NCBI GenBank assembly: GCA_013239625.1
Contig: MU054466.1
Location: forward strand, 620,001 to 684,000
Reading direction: 5' to 3'
Source: Lama guanicoe
Lineage: Eukaryota
DNA: 64,000 nucleotides
The stretch's first letter is position 1, and each line of letters opens with the position of its first letter. Below the pieces are notes generated by a model. The model worked only from the letters and a program-made list of their open reading frames with translations, was not told the origin of the DNA and searched no databases. Positions 60,440 through 64,000 of this stretch are shown in pieces. The position numbers and the translations under genes were made by a program.

Positions 60440-61030
60440 GTTGCAATTGTAGACGGGGCGGCCAAGATGACATCTGAGCAAAGCGAAGGAGGAGATGAGG
60501 GAGTAGGTCGTGCAGGTTTGGGCTGGGGGCACAGGAGCATTTCAGGCTGAGGGGCTGACCGGTGCAAAGGCCCCGGAGCTTCTGGAAAGGAAAGGAGGCC
60601 AGTGGGCCTGCAGCTGGGGGCAGGAGGGAAGAGATGTGGTGCTCGGCCCAGGGAAGGCACAGAGCAGGGGGAGGGCCAGAGCTGGACTTTGGATGAATTT
60701 TGAAGCTCAGAGCCGCGGGGATTTGCTGTGGGTGGGAGGAGCAGAGTCAAGGATGACAGCAGTCTTGGGCCTCAGCCTGCGGCGATGGGGGGGCCCTTTA
60801 CTGAGATGAGGCGCCAAGTACCAGCGGGCTCCAGGGAGGCTCAGGGGCCGGGGTATCTGTCTGCTCAGCATAGTGGGGCTTGTCAGGCAGCTGGGTCAGT
60901 CTGGGGCACGTAAGAGCCACCTGCCGGCTTGCAGACCTGGACCCCGGAGTCCAGGCGTCACTGGAACAGAAAGCAGAGGCGTGGATGAGGTCAGTGCAAG
61001 GGTGCGGGGGGACCGGAGAGGCAGGAGAGC
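60440..61030 (-). mobile_element. Degraded LINE-2 fragment
   Basis: gacatctgagcaaag..tgcaaaggccccggag..ggaggccagtg..agagtcaaggatgac..tttactgagatg is typical of antisense L2; boundaries approximate. Confidence 0.6.
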
Positions 61031-61814
61031 CGCCAGGCCAGAGTGGGTCCTGGAAGCCTGGAGAAGGGAGGTCCCGCCAGGCCAGCATCATCCCCTGAGT
61101 CAACCAAGAGGAGGGCTGAGCTCAGACCCTTGGATCTTACCCTACCTGAGGCTGCCTGCTCAGCCTGGGGGTGGAGAGCTGTCCCTGGGCCTACAGCCCT
61201 GGCCTCTCCACCCACCCCAGCACACTTTGATCCATCGCCCCCAGCCCACTGACAGAGCTTTGTGCCTGAAGCTGGGTCAGGGCTGGGACCCTGGGTTGCC
61301 CCTCTCTCCCAGCCCCCTCAGGCTCCACACCTTTGTAGGTCAGGCGGCAGGTCCACGGGCCAGCCACCGGCAGAGCTGGGGGTCCCATAGGGCTGGACAG
61401 GCTGTCTGCTCGTTCCTCCCCAGGCTGTCTTGGGCAAAGTCTGACACAGGACTGACTCCACCTCGCGGGCAGCCACCAGGGCCCTCGTGGAAAAGGGCCT
61501 CTGCCCACCTGCAGGCGAGAAGCAGAGGTTACCCGGCCCCCACTCCGTGTGGCAGACAGACCCGGGGGCTGCCTGATCCCAAACGAGGCACCCTCTGGCC
61601 CCGAGGCTGTGTGACCTCCTCATGTGACCTGCGGGCCAGCCAGGGTGGCCTGGGCCGGAGGAAAGGGGCCCTGGAAGGGCAGCCAGGGCACCCAGGTGCC
61701 CACGTATCTGGTGTTCAGGTGCCCGGGTGCCAAGGGCCAGTCCCCCTCCCGTGGCTATGCACCCACATTCTCCAGTCCCCTGGTCGGTCCCTTCTGGTTC
61801 TCATTTGCATCCTA

Positions 61815-62165
61815 TTACCACATGAGGTCATCCTGGGCTTAGGTTAGGTTCCAAATCCCATGACAGTTATCATCCTTCTAATGAGAGAAAGGCAGAAGGA
61901 GATTTGAGACCCAGACATGCAGGGAGGCCACGTGAGGAGAAGGCAGAGTTGGGGTGATGTGACCACAAGCCAAGGGGTGCCTGGGCCACCAGGAGCTGGA
62001 AGAGGCAGGAAAGATTCTTCCCCTGAGGACTTCAGGGGGAGCATTTTCTGGCCGACACCTTGATCTCAGCCTTCCGGCCTCCAGCGCTGGGAGGAGATGA
62101 ATTCCTGTTGCTTAAAGTCACCAAGTTTGTGAAAGTTTGTAGTGGAAGTCCTGGGAAAATAATAT
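61815..62165 (+). mobile_element. ERVL-MaLR solo LTR (MLT1B/C-like)
   Basis: ggccacgtgaggagaaggcagag..ccacaagccaagg..ccaccaggagctggaagaggcagga..gacaccttgatctcagccttccggcctccag..tgttgcttaaagtcaccaagtttgtg is typical of MLT1. Confidence 0.85.
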
Positions 62166-64000
62166 GATACTTTAAGAAAAAATTCAAAAGGCAGAAGAGA
62201 TGATAAAGTGAATGGATACTCCCGGCACTCGGCCGTCCCCCTGTGATGGCGTCGGCGCGTGTGCAGGGAGAGTGGCCTGTGCTCACGAATCGGAGCACCC
62301 CGCGGGCCGTCACCCACGCACTGTTAACCTGCCCTCCCCGCCGGGCACTCAGCCCCAGTCCAGCCTTAGGGGCCGTGAATGTCCTGTCCTCTTCGGGGCT
62401 CCCGGTGGGAAAATCTCTGGAAGCAGATTCGCTAGTTAAGAGCACTCAGGTTTTGGGGACAAATATCGCTAAATGACTCTCAGAAGGTGGTCCCAATTCT
62501 CAGTCTCTCCAGCAAGCATGGAGGGTACCTGGCCATTTCCTAGGAAGGTTTGGAGCCCGGGGGTCTCTGAGCATGGGGGTGGGGGTGGGGGTATGAGCTG
62601 TGGGTCTCTGGTGTGTGGACGTGGCCAGGGATCGGACCCAGCTGAACCGCCAAGCCTGGGGCCCACGCGAGAGCTCAGGGCCATGTGGTGGGGACGGGCG
62701 CTCCCGCTTGCCACCTCCCCAGGCAGGATGATGGACGGACATGCAATTAACCTGCCTGTGGTTACATTGGCAACTGAACTGGAACAGGAAGTTAGTGTTA
62801 TAAACTAGGGTCTTTCAAGTTATGATGAAGTCATCAAACAAATGAACCCGTGAGCACAGAGGGCAGGCGTCTCGAAGCACCAGGGGTGAGGAGAGGAGAG
62901 CCCCAGCCCTTCCCAGTCCGGCCCGGACAACCGTGCAGGGGGCGGGGCCTGGGGCTGGTCCCAGTGCCCCTACTGGCAGTGATCGCTCTCGCTCTCTGGG
63001 CCTCCGTTTCCCCATCTCTCTGGGGAGAGCCTCCAAGCCCCGCCCAGTGCCTCAGTGTCATCTGACCTCCTTCCTGAACTCCAGAGGCTGCTAACACCTG
63101 GACATATTCACTGCCCAGCCCGCATGTGAGAGCAAGTTCCGGAACCCACACTCTCGCCAGGGGCTGGCCCTTTGGGGAACACTCCTGCCTGACCTCCAGA
63201 TATGCGGCCCCTAACAGGCCTGAGCAACCGCCATCTTTCCGCTCGGAGAATGCGCTCATCGGGCTGGGCTGTCTTGTAAGTTCTAGGGTTTTAGGGACAC
63301 CTCGGGATGGGCTTCAGCATGGCCCTGATGGCATGACAGAGCCTGAATGGCAAAGGGAGGGGGACACGTCAGCCATCCAAGTGGGGGACCTGAGGTCCAG
63401 TCCTCATGTATAGGTGGGGATCTGAGCTGGGGAGGGTCTGGCTCTTGGCCCACGATGCTCAGCTGTCACATCTGGGGGCAGAGCCAGGTGTGAGGGAACC
63501 TGCCAGTCCCCTGGGCCAGCACGGTGCCCACCATTCCCCTAGTCCAGGAAGAACCTCTCTGGCCTGTGCCAGCCTGTCCAGACCCCGGACCTCAGGCCTC
63601 TGCAAGCTGAGGCTGGAAGAACCAAGACAGAGCTTCCCGCCTGGGGTTTGGGGCTCAAGGCTGCTGTGGTGTGGAGGGTCCCCAAGTCAGCACTGACCCT
63701 CAGCTATAGATAGAGTGATGGACGTTGTCCTGGAAGGGGCTCCACGCCCTGCCCGCCGTGCCCACAGCCCACCCCACTTGTCTCCAGCGCTCGGGGTGGC
63801 CGCTGCCCGTGGTCCCCTTGCTCCTCACACAGCCCTGCCCCGAGGCCGCCCCCTCTGTCCCCTGGTTTCGGGGCCTCCTCCCACTGACTTGGGACACCAA
63901 GCCCAGGGGTCCTGGGAGACCGTGCAGCAGTGAGCCCCTGGGCTTGTCACAAACGCAGCTTCCACCCTGCTGTGGGCTGCCTTGTCCGGGTCCTAACGCC

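Overview
GC-rich mammalian genomic DNA with four assembly gaps. I saw no Alu, B1/B2 or other young SINE, so it is probably non-primate and non-rodent; the species cannot be determined. The window holds the 5' half of BAHCC1 (BAH domain and coiled-coil containing 1, an H3K27me3 reader and TNRC18 paralogue) on the minus strand, plus about 16 kb of upstream sequence. I reconstructed by hand a probable non-coding exon 1 (donor at 47905/47904) and ten coding exons: 43975-43798, 20780-20601, 10254-10132, 6852-5107, 4834-4726, 4428-4220, 4089-3931, 3692-3529, 3374-3041 and 2011-1178. They total 4036 nt (1345 codons + 1 nt) with consistent phases. The gene continues off the left edge, so the coiled-coil, Tudor and BAH domains lie outside the window. 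The rest is CpG islands, two CCAAT/forkhead promoter modules about 1.1 kb apart (a divergent lncRNA is possible), AT-rich islands that resemble developmental enhancers, and old repeats (MLT1, L1M, L2, MIR). Almost all other ORFs in the track are GC-rich shadow ORFs. I find no evidence of a wholly new gene system. The most interesting signal is a set of candidate dosage-control features on the BAHCC1 transcript: a strong-Kozak uORF next to a (CCG)n tract, a GC-AG intron, a long intronic hairpin, a candidate stop-containing poison exon, a CAG-CAG-CAG-AAG tandem acceptor and possible cassette exons. There is also a perfect 22-bp intronic palindrome and a set of RFX X-box-like motifs, three of them inside a coding exon. 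Gene identity rests on my recall of the human protein; no alignment was run.
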